This document shows, piece by piece, positions 1-11,157 of a stretch of 56,708 nucleotides of DNA (position 1 is its first letter; each line of letters begins with the position of its first letter). The stretch comes from Prorocentrum cordatum (Eukaryota): the NCBI GenBank assembly GCA_963575745.1, contig CAUYUJ010000073.1, positions 62,001-118,708 of the forward strand, read 5' to 3'. The notes under the pieces are model-generated. The model saw only the letters and a program-made list of their open reading frames with translations. It was not told the origin of the DNA and made no database searches. The position numbers and the translations under genes are program-made.

Positions 1-109
1 CGCGAACGCATCGCGCCGAACGTACGCCTTCAGCCTCCACGTTGAGCTCCATATCAACACGGCACGTGTTGCGTGTGGCGCATCGGGGCAGCCAAGCTCA
101 TGCCAAGAG

Positions 110-303
110 TCGGCGGCGAGCGAGGGGGAGAAGTGAAAAGGAGAAGGCCTTCTCAGAAGCTTCGGAAGTCCCCCGGCCTTCTGAGAAGGTTTGTAGGCCT
201 TCCCCGATGACCAACAAAAGGTTCTCAGAGGGCGCGAAAGCTTCTGAGAAGTCCCGCCGAGAAGGCCTTCGCCTTGTCGGTTCCCCCCCTCGCTCGCCGC
301 CGA
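110..303. mobile_element. MITE-like element with 19-bp terminal inverted repeats; degenerate second copy at ~428-629
   Basis: TCGGCGGCGAGCGAGGGGG (110-128) is the exact reverse complement of CCCCCTCGCTCGCCGCCGA (285-303). The interior is rich in CCTTCT(C/G)AGAAG motifs. Similar ends recur at ~428-448 and ~610-629. Confidence 0.6.
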
Positions 304-894
304 ACGAGGAGCCCTGGCGCAGCCCATGGCCCCGCGCACGCACCACGGAGGGACGGCCCCCCCGGCGGCGCCGGCCCGCGAGCGCCGCGAGGCGGCGGAG
401 GTCCACCAGCGCAGTGCGATGGAGGCTCGGCAGCGAGCGGAGGGGGGGAAGCGAGAAGGAGAAGGCCTGCTCAGAAGGCGGCCAGACTTCTCACAGGGTC
501 TCGCGCCTCCTGAAAAAAGCCTTCCGTGTCTTCGGGGACAGCTCAGAGAACTGGTCAGAAGGCCAGGGGGCTTCCGAGCCCTCTGGGAAGGCTCGCTCGT
601 TCTCATATTTCCCCCCTCGCTCGCCGCCAAGCAAGAGGCGACCTCGTCCCGCGCCCTCCGCATCGTGGCCGTTGCGGGCATGCCGCCGGAGGAGGCGCGC
701 GAGCGGCAGGGGGACGATGGCGAGGAGGCCAAGGCCGAGGCCGAGGCGCGCAGCAGAAAGAAAGCAGCAGACAGTCAACCCGCACAGGAGGGATGGGCAA
801 ACTTACCAAGGGTATACCCCCTTGCAGCCTTGCCTCCTCGGCCCATCCTTCCCAGACACGATCGCGTCGCAACAGAATCAGGACGGGAGGTTTT

Positions 895-1020
895 TGGCCA
901 ATTTCGGCCTCGGGGGGCCCTCGCTGGGCCTCGGGACCGTCAAAGTACGCCGCAGGATGAAAAGTCGGTCCCGGGGAAAGGGTCGGGACTTCCAGGGTTG
1001 AAAAATTCAGGACGTCGCAT
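895..1020 (+). repeat. ~100-130 bp dispersed repeat family; other copies at ~8520, 10060, 11280, 12130, 13230, 13610, 21270, 21660
   Basis: Shared core resembling TTTCGGCCTC-GGGGGCCCTT-CCGGGCCTCGGGGCCG-CAA...GGTCCCGGGGAA-GGGTC. The copies I found are all in the same orientation. Confidence 0.6.
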
Positions 1021-1147
1021 GTCTGGGAAGGGCACCCTTGCATCCTTGCCTCCTCGGTCCATCCTTGGCCACTTTCGCTGGCCGCGCCCCGCTCGAGAAG
1101 CTTCGACATGGCCTTCCAGGGTCCTTGCATCCTTATCGTGCGTTCTT

Positions 1148-2791
1148 ATGGTACGGGTCGACTGTAAACGTCAACTCTCGGAGCTTGGCGCCGATCTCAG
1201 AAATCTGCGCGGACCTCCGAGAAGTGCTGTTTGTGCCACTTTTTGTTTTTCGACTGGCGAGGAGACCAAGTGCGACGCCGAGGCGGAGGCAACCGTGGCA
1301 GCGCCGCTGGCCTCGCCAAAGTCGCGGCCGCCGTCGCTACGACAGGAAGCGGCGGCGCCAGTGCTGGCACCCACGTGGCTCGACGCGGGCGTGGCGGCCG
1401 CGTTGTTCCGCGAGGCTGCGGCGGTGCTGGTGTCTTTGGAGCCCGCTGGGCAGCTCTGCTGTGAGATCTGCGAGCTGCTCTCACCGGGAACCCCTGGCTC
1501 CGACTGCAGCCATGACCACGACTCGGAGGGGCGATTGCTCGCGCGGGCGCAGCAGCGGGCGCAGCGCTGGCTTCCGCGCCTGGACACGCTCGCGGGCCAG
1601 CTGGAGTTTGAGGCCAAGGAGGCTGACGCGCGGGCGCAGCGGGTGAACCCCAGAGGTGTGCTGGAAGACGCCCGCTTCGTGTGCTCTGCAGCGGGGCCCG
1701 CCGTGCAGCGGATGCAGACCGACCTGGGGGCGGCCGCGGCCGTAGGGGCACTGACCCTACAGGACGAGCTCGAGCAGTTCGCGGCCGACGTGGCGTCGGG
1801 TGCCTGCGGGGGCCGAGGAGGGCCGATGGCTGGCCCAGGCATGCCCGAGGCCCTCTCCGAACTGTGGGCGGGGTTCGGTGGCGCTGCAAAAGGGTACGCC
1901 TCCTTCGTGGAGGAGGTCGCGAAGGTGCCCTGCCCTGGAGAGGCCCTCGGCGCCGGCGCGGCGTGGCGCCGCCTCCTCGCCGAGGTGGAGGTCGCGCTGC
2001 TGCTCGCGCACCTGGGCGGCCAGGCCATGGCCTACATCGGCCTGGCGCAGGCGCAGGCGCCGAGCGGGTCCTGCGGTGGCCTCCTTCCAGACGGCGTGGT
2101 GGCCCGGAAGGTCATGATGAGCGTCGTGCTCCCGCCCCTGCAGCGCCGCGCCCGCTACGTCGCCGCGCGGGTGCAGTGGTGGCTACGGCGCCAGGCGGCG
2201 CTATCGCTGGAGCGGATGCGGACTCCGGCGGAGCACCTCCCTGGCAAGCTCCATTCCCCCACGTTGGCGCGGTGCCGGGCGGCGTTGTGCTCGGGACCCG
2301 CAGTGGCCTCGCTCGTCGAGGAGGCGCTGGACGTCGCGGCCGCGGCCGCCTCTGCACAGGTGCTCTCGGACCTGGACGCCGTGCTTGCGGCGGGCTGCCT
2401 GCACCCGCGGCTGCTGCTGCTTCCTGGCACGCGGCCAGACGAGGGTCTTGTGGGCCTGGAGGTGGCGCCCAGGTCCGGTGCCAAGCGGCGCGTGTTGGAG
2501 GAGATGCAGGCGAGAGCTTCCGTGCCCGCTCACGGCACTCAGACGCGCGCGCTGGTGGCCGCTTGCTTCCGCAAGCTTCGCACCGCCGTGGCGGGCAAGG
2601 CCGTGGGTCTCGCGCTCGTCGCGCAGGCGGCCTTCGCCAACCGCCTCATCGACGAGGCTGCGCGCAGCGAGCAGCTCGGCAGCGGGCGATGCGCGGCGCT
2701 CACGGCCGAGCACGAGCGGCTGACCGAAGCGGGCAGACAGGCGGCAAGCCGTGCCTCAGCGCAGGGGTGGCTGCGCGATTGCGAGGCGTAG
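1148..2791 (+). CDS. Dynamin-related (DrpC/ARC5-DRP5-like) stalk/GED-region protein lacking a GTPase domain; start uncertain (nearest in-frame ATG 1148, protein-like from ~1253)
   Basis: 3' part of ORF 326..2791. Ordered motifs LTLQDELEQF, GAAWRRLLAEVEV, PLQRRARYVAARVQWW, LVEEALD, HPRLLL, AKRRVLEEMQAR, LVAACFRKLRTAV recall the post-GTPase region of myzozoan DrpC and plant ARC5 (recognised from memory). No P-loop is present. The 5' part of the ORF runs through repeats. Confidence 0.55.
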   Translation: MVRVDCKRQLSELGADLRNLRGPPRSAVCATFCFSTGEETKCDAEAEATVAAPLASPKSRPPSLRQEAAAPVLAPTWLDAGVAAALFREAAAVLVSLEPAGQLCCEICELLSPGTPGSDCSHDHDSEGRLLARAQQRAQRWLPRLDTLAGQLEFEAKEADARAQRVNPRGVLEDARFVCSAAGPAVQRMQTDLGAAAAVGALTLQDELEQFAADVASGACGGRGGPMAGPGMPEALSELWAGFGGAAKGYASFVEEVAKVPCPGEALGAGAAWRRLLAEVEVALLLAHLGGQAMAYIGLAQAQAPSGSCGGLLPDGVVARKVMMSVVLPPLQRRARYVAARVQWWLRRQAALSLERMRTPAEHLPGKLHSPTLARCRAALCSGPAVASLVEEALDVAAAAASAQVLSDLDAVLAAGCLHPRLLLLPGTRPDEGLVGLEVAPRSGAKRRVLEEMQARASVPAHGTQTRALVAACFRKLRTAVAGKAVGLALVAQAAFANRLIDEAARSEQLGSGRCAALTAEHERLTEAGRQAASRASAQGWLRDCEA

Positions 2792-4334
2792 GCTCGCCCT
2801 GGCCGACCAGAGGGCAGCTCCAGGGGGAGGGCAAGAGACCCGAGCGCAGGGCGCGGGCGCGGCGGCGCCGCGCGACGAGCCAGAGAGGTCCAGCGGCTGC
2901 CAGGCCAAGGGAGCCCCCGAGCGGCCCTGCGGGCGCGGCGCGGGCCAGCCGCGCGGCCCCTGCCGCCGCGGCGCTGGCGCAGGGCGTGCTGTGGGCTGCA
3001 GCAGCACGCGACCGGGCCGACTGCCGGGGGTTGGGCAGGCTCGGGGTCCGAGTGGCGCAGGGCGGGCGGTGAATTGGCGGCGCGGGCCGCCGCGCGCGGG
3101 GGCGCAGCGTCAGGGTGAGCGCAGGCGGCACCAGCGCGGCTGGGCAGGAAAAAGAGGTCGCGTCTCTGAGGGCCTCCAGCGCGGTGACGCTTCATTGCCC
3201 GCGGTTGTTCCTCGGTTGCGGCCTGAGGGCGCTCAGGCCGCAGCAAGCACGGCCTGGGACGAGATCGAAGCGTCTCCTGGGAAGCGGCCGAGATATCCTG
3301 GGACCACGTCTTGAATTATGGTGTTCCAACCTACTTAAGCCTGGATCACCAGAAAGAATTTCGAGCACCTGAAAAAGTAACTCGACGGTTTTCACGTGTC
3401 GGGCCCTGGGAGACACTCGTCCGACACTGTTTCGACACTCTTTCGACACTCTTTCGACACTTTTCCGTGTGCTCGAAATTATTTCTGGGATGCGGTCCTG
3501 AACGAAATACGGCGTCGGAGGTCCAGGATCACGACTTCTCCCCTCCACCGCGCCAGTGATGACCGAGGCAGCTGCGAACGCCACTCGCTGGCGGACACTG
3601 GCCACTGATGGCTCGCTGTCCCCCCTGCCTCAGATTCCTGGCCTCTCTTGGTCCACCTCCGGCCACCCACCACCTCGTGCTGGTTGCGCTCGCCCCCGAC
3701 GGACGGCTCCAGCGGCAGCGCGCGCCTCGCGGCAGAGCGAAGTTAGCCAAGCGAGGAAGAGCACCCCGGCCCCGATGAGTGGCGCTTTGCGAAGCGGCCC
3801 GGGGCGTCTACGGAGCAACCCTTCCCTGGTCGGTTCCTTCCCCGGGCGCGCTTACTGAAGGCCTTCGCCCGCAGGGGTATTCGTTCAGAAGACAGAACAA
3901 CCGCATACGGCCGGGCCTAGGACAGAAGGACATCATTCAAGAACATGAGGCCCTCCGGCGGCCAAACTAAAGAACATTCGAGGGTACCCTCCCCAAGGAT
4001 GCACGAGACCATCCAACAATCACGAAGAACATTGGGGTACCCTCCCCGAACCAACCTCGATCTTATATCTCGGTCCGAGAGTAAGAACAAACGTTCGGAG
4101 GTCCGCGTGGATTTCAAGGATCGGTGCCGCGCAGATCCAAGAAATCCGCGCGGGCCTTCGAACATTCATGCTGATACCGCATGCCGCTTGTCCTTCTTCC
4201 CTCGGCGCGAGTGCTGTCCCTGTGCCTCCTGGTGGTCCTCCCCGCCTCTCCTTCTCGTGAGGGTGGTCCTCCCGGGCGACGCGGCGCAGGCCCGGGGCGG
4301 CCGGTGCGGGCCCGCGCGGGGCTCTGCGAGGGGG

Positions 4335-4742
4335 AGGGAGGGAGGGAGGGAGGGAGGGAGGGAGGGAGGGAGGGAGGGAGGAGGAGGAGGAGGAGGAGGA
4401 GGAGGAAGAGGAGGAGGATTCGCCGAAGCACGGTCGCAACAGCGTGTCGCGCCGCCAGTTCTGACCCACCAGCGGGACACGCTATCCACCTCCCGGTCCG
4501 CGAGCCTCCACGTCCCGAGCTCTTCGGGGGCGGTCAAGAGGGGGGAGATGACTAGGAGGAGGAGCAGGGAGGAGGGGGAATCAGGAGGAGGAGAAGGAGG
4601 GAGGAGGAGGAGGAGGAAGGAGGAGGAGGAGGAAGGAGGAGGAGGAGGAGGAGGAGGAGGGGGAAGGAGGAGAAGGAAGAAGGAAGGAAGGAGGAGGAGG
4701 AGGAGGAGGAGGAGGAGGAGGAGGAGGAGGAGGAGGAGGGGT
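4335..4742. repeat. (GGGA)n and (GGA)n microsatellite tracts
   Basis: Directly visible. Similar tracts at ~5330-5450, 5990-6097, 13113-13210, 15250-15430, 16500-16580, 18410-18505. Confidence 0.95.
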
Positions 4743-5568
4743 GGATATCATGGCGGGGGCCATGATATCTCCACAGATCTCATGGCGCCTCTTCTTATTT
4801 CCAACCGTCCCCGGCCCCCCCTGGGCCGCGCACATGCCGGCAGCCATAATTTACGCCCCCCCCCCCTCTTTGACGACCCCCTCTTGGCCGCACCCGAAGC
4901 TTTTCTGAGCCTCCCGCCCCGCGGAGCGGAGCGACACGCGATCCGCTCGCAGGGCACAGAGCTCTGCTGGGGCCGCCGCGGCGGCGCGCTGTGCAGCCCC
5001 TGTGGGGCCACGAAGCGTGTGAGGGGTGTGAGGGGTGTGCGTAAAGGGCTGGCGGGGACGCATGTGGACGCCGCCACTGGGGCCTTCGGTGGGGTCCCCT
5101 ATCGGGCCACGAAGCGCGTGACGGGCCTCGCCTGGCCCCGCGGAGCTGGTCGTTCTGGCGCAGTGGTGCCTCGGCGCCGCTCTCGCCTCGGCCGAGGTGC
5201 TGTTCTTGCGCGCGGACGACCCCCGCGCCGCCACGCCGCGCGAGGCCGGCCCAGCAGCCGGCGCGACGCGCGGAGCGCACGTCCAAAGGCCCCGAGCGTG
5301 GTCGGCCCGAGCTTTTTTCCCCGGGCCCCTCCTCCCTCTTCTCCTCCTCCTCCTCCCCTCCTCTCCCCTCCTCTTCCTCTCCTCCTCCTCCTCCTCCTCC
5401 TCTCCTCCTCCTCCTCCTCCTCCTCCTCCTCCTCCTCCTCCTCCTCCTCCTAATCCCGCGAGGCAGAGCGGCACGCCAATCCAGCTCACAGGGAGTAATC
5501 CTTAATCCTTCCAAAACACCATTTCTGGTACGCTGACCGTGGGAATCCGTGCAACTCTTGCTTAAAAC

Positions 5569-5870
5569 GAATGTGCGAGGTGCTAAGGCGAGAGCCACAT
5601 TTTGAAAAGGAGCCGCCCTCAATCCGTGAAGCTTTCGCACATGTTTAAAGCGAATGTGCGCGGCGGTAAGGCGAGAGCCACATGTTGAAAGCCACCCGCC
5701 CTGAATCCGTGAAACTCTTAACGAATGTGCGCAGCGCTAAGGCGAGAGCCACATTTTGAAAACCACTCGCCCTCAATGTGTGAAACACTTGCAAATGTTT
5801 AAACGACTGTGCGCGGTGCTGAGGCGAGAGCCACATTTTGAAAACGACCCGCCTTTCATTTGTGAAATTG
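5569..5870 (+). repeat. Tandem ~70-82 bp repeat (4 units); same family at ~16650-16840 and ~17200-17450
   Basis: Core GAATGTGCGCGGCGCTAAGGCGAGAGCCACATTTTGAAA is repeated. Both main arrays are followed by GGTGCGACAGGGAG-AGTTAT (~5953 and ~17521), so they belong to a larger dispersed element. Confidence 0.8.
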
Positions 5871-7889
5871 CTGCCACTTCTAAGGCTTCAGAGTTATAAA
5901 TGGTGAGGAAGTCTCAGTTGAAACGCCCAGCCCACCCTAAAAATTGGTTTCGGGGTGCGACAGGGAGAAGTTATTTACAAGGAATAGGGATGGAGGAGGA
6001 GGAGGAGGAGGAAGAGGAGGAGGAGGAGGAGGAGGGGCAGGAGGAGGAGGAGGAGGAGGAGGAGGGGGAGGAGGGAGAGGGGGAGGAGGAGGAGGAGTGA
6101 ACTCGGCGCGACTCCAGTTATGAGCCCATGCTGGTCAGACCAGAAGAAGAAGATCACCTCCGAAGACTCAGAGGAGGGCCAGTTGAGACAACGGTAGTTG
6201 GACTTCGGGGGCGGCCCTCGTCGTCACCGCTGGGCGCAGCTTGGAAAGTTGGCACGTTCGGACCCCGTTAGGGATCCAGAGATCGATTTTGAGCTGACAT
6301 TATCTCAAGTCGCCCTCCTCCGATTGAAGCTCGCAAATGGTTGAGGCTCAAAACGGGTGAAGGCCAAGTCAACTGCAACGGGAACGCGCATCCGCATATT
6401 TCTTGTGTTAGTCTGTATTGGCTTTGGTGGCCTGGTTTGCATTGTAGCGCAATGCGGTGAAGCGCAGCGCAGCACATTGCATGCCATTGCGTGTTCTTGC
6501 TTGTTTGCTTAGTTGTTGTTTGCATGTCTGTTCTGCCCTGAGTTGCTTGGGTTCGCGTTGATTTGCACTACGTTGACTCGAATCGCATTGGAGTGATTCG
6601 CGAATCGCGAGTCACTCCAATGCGATTCGCGAATTTCGCGATGCCATGAGTTGTGTTGTGTACCATTGCATTGCGTTCATTATGTTGCGTTGCTTATCGT
6701 GGCATTTCCTGGTTGCATCGCATTGCGTTGCGTTGCAGGGGGAGGTCCTTAAAGAAAGGAGGGACCCTCCTCGAAGAAGCCAGGGGGGTATCATTTCGAG
6801 GACCCAGCGCCGGAGTGCATCGCCACTGACACTCTCACATATCAAATTGAGGAGTCCCCCAGGCAAAGTCCGCCCGTAAAGCCCAGGAAAGAACGATGAC
6901 AACAAGAAACAGCAAAACAAAAACGCAAACACTTAGAACGGGGGGTGGGGTGAGCGAACGGTCCACGTGGCATCCAGGGGAAGAAATCTGTTGGCAGCGT
7001 GTTCGAGGCATATCTGTTTTGTCCGAGGCGATCGTCATGTGGTCTGACCAGGACGTCCTTTGCAGCGACCACGCTTAGCTCTGTAATGCACTGCTGCAGC
7101 GCGCGTGCTCCAGAGATCCCCGAACCAAGAGGCCGCTGAAAGCTTCCCGAGGCCTCTGAAGGCCCGAAGAGGGGGAAACAGGCAACAGCAACAAAAACTC
7201 CTCCTCACCCTCACCCTCCTCATCCTCCTCCTCCCCCTCCTCCTCCTCCTCCTCCTCCTCATCATCATCATCATCCTTGTCCTCATCATCCTCTTTACTC
7301 CTCTCCCACTTCTCCCTCTCCTCCTCCCCCGCCGCCTCCTTCTGCTCCTCATCATCATCATCAACAACATCATCATCATCATCATCAATAACATCAGAAT
7401 CACCATCTTCATCAGCATCAGCACCATTCATCATCAACAGCAGCATCATCACCAGAATCATTCCTCACGTGTTCTCCCCCGCCTCCTCTTGTTCCTCACA
7501 CGATCTCCTTTACCCGTAGTCCTGCTCGTCCTCCTCTTCTTTCTTTTCATCCTCTTCCACCTCCTCCCCTCACGACGATGGTGACAAGGGCGTAACGGCG
7601 GCGATGGCAGCGGCGGCGGCGGCGGCAGAGTTCTCTGGCGCTCTCCAAAAGATGCTCTAAGGTGTCTCGGGGTGCCCCGGAGGCCTCTTGGGCGCCTCCA
7701 GGAACCCGAGGAGGGGCCGGAGGCGTCCAAGAGCGCGATGCAGCACGCTGGGAGCAAGTACCAACCAATAATTAGCTGGGTCACCTTGGGAGGGGCGAGA
7801 AAAAACAAGAAACAGAGGAGCCCCGAAGACAGAGGAGGAGGGCGAGAAGGCGGCAGCGACGGCGGCGGCGGCGGCGCTCCCGCGCAGAG

Positions 7890-7994
7890 GCCGGCAGGGA
7901 GGGCCTCGAGCGCGAGCTCGCCGAGGAGCGGCTCCGGGCGGCCTCGCTGGGCGGGCGCGCGGAGCAGCTGGAGCACGCGCAGGGACAGCTGGAG
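7890..7994 (+). CDS. Candidate internal exon of a coiled-coil protein (AGREGLERELAEERLRAASLGGRAEQLEHAQGQLE)
   Basis: 105 bp, phase 0, AG|G acceptor and AG|GC donor, heptad-like E/L/A/R composition. Not in the ORF track because it has no start codon. Confidence 0.45.
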
Positions 7995-8139
7995 GCCCGA
8001 TGTAGGGCTCTGCTGCCCGGGCCGGCGGCGCGGGGGGGAGTGAGCGCGGGCGGGCCTTCTCGGAGGGCGGCGGGGCTTCTCAGACGCCGCGGCGCCTTCT
8101 GAGAAGGTTCCTGCGTCTTCGGGGAAGGCTCAGAAGGAA

Positions 8140-8284
8140 GTCGGGCACGTCCCTCTACAGGAGGAATACTCAAAAATAATCAAAAATTAGTCCGGGGACG
8201 ATTTGGGGGTATTGTTGGCTAGTTCCGAGCATTACTATTTCAAAAGTATCCGCCTACATCCGTTTATAGGAGGACATGTCCGAC
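8140..8284. mobile_element. MITE family with GTCGGGCA(T/C)GTCCCCCTACAG-like TIRs and AT-rich interior; other copies ~11613-11764, 11888-12046, 14815-15002
   Basis: Imperfect ~20-bp inverted ends in four copies. The 11888-12046 copy is flanked by TTA on both sides and two others by TTA/TAA, consistent with PIF/Harbinger-type MITEs. Confidence 0.6.
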
Positions 8285-11018
8285 CTGAGCTTAGAAAACT
8301 CGTCAGAAGGCTCGAGGCCTTCCGAGCCTTCTGAGAAGGCCCGCCCTCTCTGACTTCCCCCTTGGGCTCTCTCCGTCGACTCGAACCGAGGTTACAGAGG
8401 GCTTCGGAAGGTTTGGAGCCGGCTGGGGTCCGAGGTAGCCCAGCACTGGTTCTGGTGCGCCGAAAGGGGGGCAGGTTCGAGGCGCGGGGTTCAACAAGGT
8501 GCTTCGCCTTGGTTCGGTCTCTGGGGGCCGTTTCCGGGCCCCAGGATTGTCAAAAACGGATATGGGGGACCCCAGGAGGGGGTCCAGAGACCGATTTTGA
8601 GCAGCTTTGCTTCCATCCGCCCTTGACCGACTTTCTCGGGCCCAACCAACTCGGACCCCTCGGCCGCTTCTGATTGATGCCTCGATCAACGAGATCAGTT
8701 CGCTGATCGGTTGTTGACCCTTGGGTGATCCGACGGCGTAGACTTGACCAATTGTCGCTGGGTGTTCCGACGAGATCAGTTGGTCTGAGGTTTTGTTTGT
8801 CGGTTCCTTCATCAACGATATCAGTTTGTTGGTCTGTCCAACGGACGAAGCCGGGGCGTCCGATCAGACTCCTGATCCACGCAGCACTCCGCGCTCTGGC
8901 ACTGGGCGGGCCGCGTGGCTTGGCGCGAACCAGGCCATCAGAAGTCACCAGCTGTGCCCTCGGCACGCGCTTCGAAGGCATAAGGGGCTGCTCCGCGTAG
9001 TCTGGTGGGGCGCTGCGAATGTGCTGTGGGGCCTGCGGAGTGATCCATTTCCCAGACCGACGTCGCAGCTTTGCCCCATGCCACCGATGCTGCCCGCCGC
9101 TGCAGGCCTGCTCCGCCAAGCACGGCTGGGGACGACGAGCCAGCACAGGGGAAGGGGTACAGAGCTCCAGGGACCCCGTCACGGCGAATTCGCAACATCG
9201 GAGGTCCCCGGAGGATCGACAACTTCAACTTCGGAAGTCCAACCTCCCCTTTAAGGGTTTGTGGTCCTCCGGGTCGCACGCCCACGGGAAAGTCCGCGCC
9301 CGTCCCAGATTTCTGGCATCGGGGTTTGTTGTTGCTCGTGCGCGGCCCCCCGAGTTTTCCACCCCACTCTCGAGGACAAGCTGTTCACTCAAGGTCGCTT
9401 TCTGAAGACGGGGGGCTTACAGTGGAGACCTCTGCCGAGAAACACCCTGCTTGCCTCCAGGGTGCGAGGGGTGCCCTGGGTTTCTTGGGTTTCGATGCTT
9501 TTGCCATGGAGAGCGTGACGTTCCCACACCAGAAACCGACGGACGTCCGGGGGTCTCAGGGTTGGGTCTCTTGTGGACTGGCCTCCACTTCACTGGAAGC
9601 CCCAACGCCTTCGAAGGAGCCTTCGCGGAAGCCTCCGACGGCCTCCGAGAAGCGGCCTCCCCTCTCCGGGAGGCCGACCCTCTCACCCCACCCCGCTCGT
9701 GCGCGCCGGCGGGGTCGAACCCAGGAGGGCCCCGGCGGCACCTTCATGCAGGAGGCCCTTTGGCGGCACCTTCATGCAGGGGGCGCCTTCGCCGCCGACA
9801 GCCTTGCCACGCCATACATGTCAATTGCATCCTAGAGCACGGCCGTGCATCAACCCTGGTTCGTATCGGTGGGGATCCAGTGGCATGCGTGCACATGCGT
9901 TGCACCGCTGGTGGTACCAAAACCCTTTGTGTGAAATGCCTTTGTGTGTGTTTTCTGGCTCCTATGAGAAGCAGTCACGCCCTCCTCATTATTGCCCCAG
10001 ACAGGATCGCGTCATAGCAAAAAAAATCGGGGCGTGAGGTGTTGGCCCTTCTTCCGCACCGGGAGGCCCTCGCCGGGCCTCGGGAGCGTCAAAAGACAGC
10101 GAAAACAGGTCCTGGGGGGTCGGGACTTCCAGTGACACCGTCAAATCAGAACGTCGCGCGTCTGGGAAGAGGTTTTCTTGGAAGCCTCCGATCCTTGTTA
10201 GACCACCTAGACGCCCCCCTTCCCTAGCCCCCGACCAGGCTCTAGTCCAAAAAAGGGTGCCCCCGGGCTCTGTCTCGGCCAGTTCCAGGGGGAGCCTGCA
10301 CGCCCAAGAGCCTCCAGAGCAGCGACGCAGACGACGACGCCGCCACCGTCGACGGAAGCCTCTTCTGGGGCATGCTGCGAGGCGCTCGCGTCGCCCGACG
10401 CGTCCACAAGCCCCCGCGGGCGCGCGGGCAGACGAGCCAGCGCAAGTCCCAGGATTCCTTCGATCTCTCCATGTCACATGGATGTGCGTCGCGCCCATCC
10501 ACTTCCATAGCTATTTGTGCTCGAGTGCCTGGCAGTAGTTCTGTCGGGGCAGAGCTAAAGCTCAAGACAGACCCACAAGGCAAAAGCCCTCTTCCGGGGG
10601 ACCCCCGACCGACCACCAGCGGCCGACCCCGCGCGCGGCGCCCCCCAGAGGCCCCGACCCATTCCCAGGACCCGCTTTTCATCCCGCGTGGTTCTTCGGC
10701 GGCCCCGAAACTCTGGCCAAAGGCCCCCGGAGGCGGACAACAGCGCCAAACTTCCCGCCATGTTTTTTTCGTGACGGGGTGCCCGCAGTCGAGAGCGTGT
10801 CCTCACGGCCCGCTGGCTCTCTCGTCCGTCTCGTCGCTATGTCGGCGGCGATGCCTCGCGACCGCGACCGACGACAGACGGCCGACCCCGCGCGCGGCGC
10901 CCTGGCTGGCAGCCCCCGCGGGACCCCGGTCGACCCGTGGCGGGCCCGCCGACCAGCCCGACGTCCGCGGGGTGCGCGGCCGCGTTGAGCGCCCCACGTT
11001 TCGGCGGCGGGGGCTTTC

Positions 11019-11157
<139 letters not shown>

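Noticed and set aside
326..1147. N-terminal part of the 821-aa ORF
   Set aside because: Runs through a MITE and a dispersed repeat; probably open by chance.
1230..1255. Relic SL upstream of the dynamin-like ORF (GCCACTTTTTG)
   Set aside because: Match too short and degenerate, with no poly(A) or TSD support.
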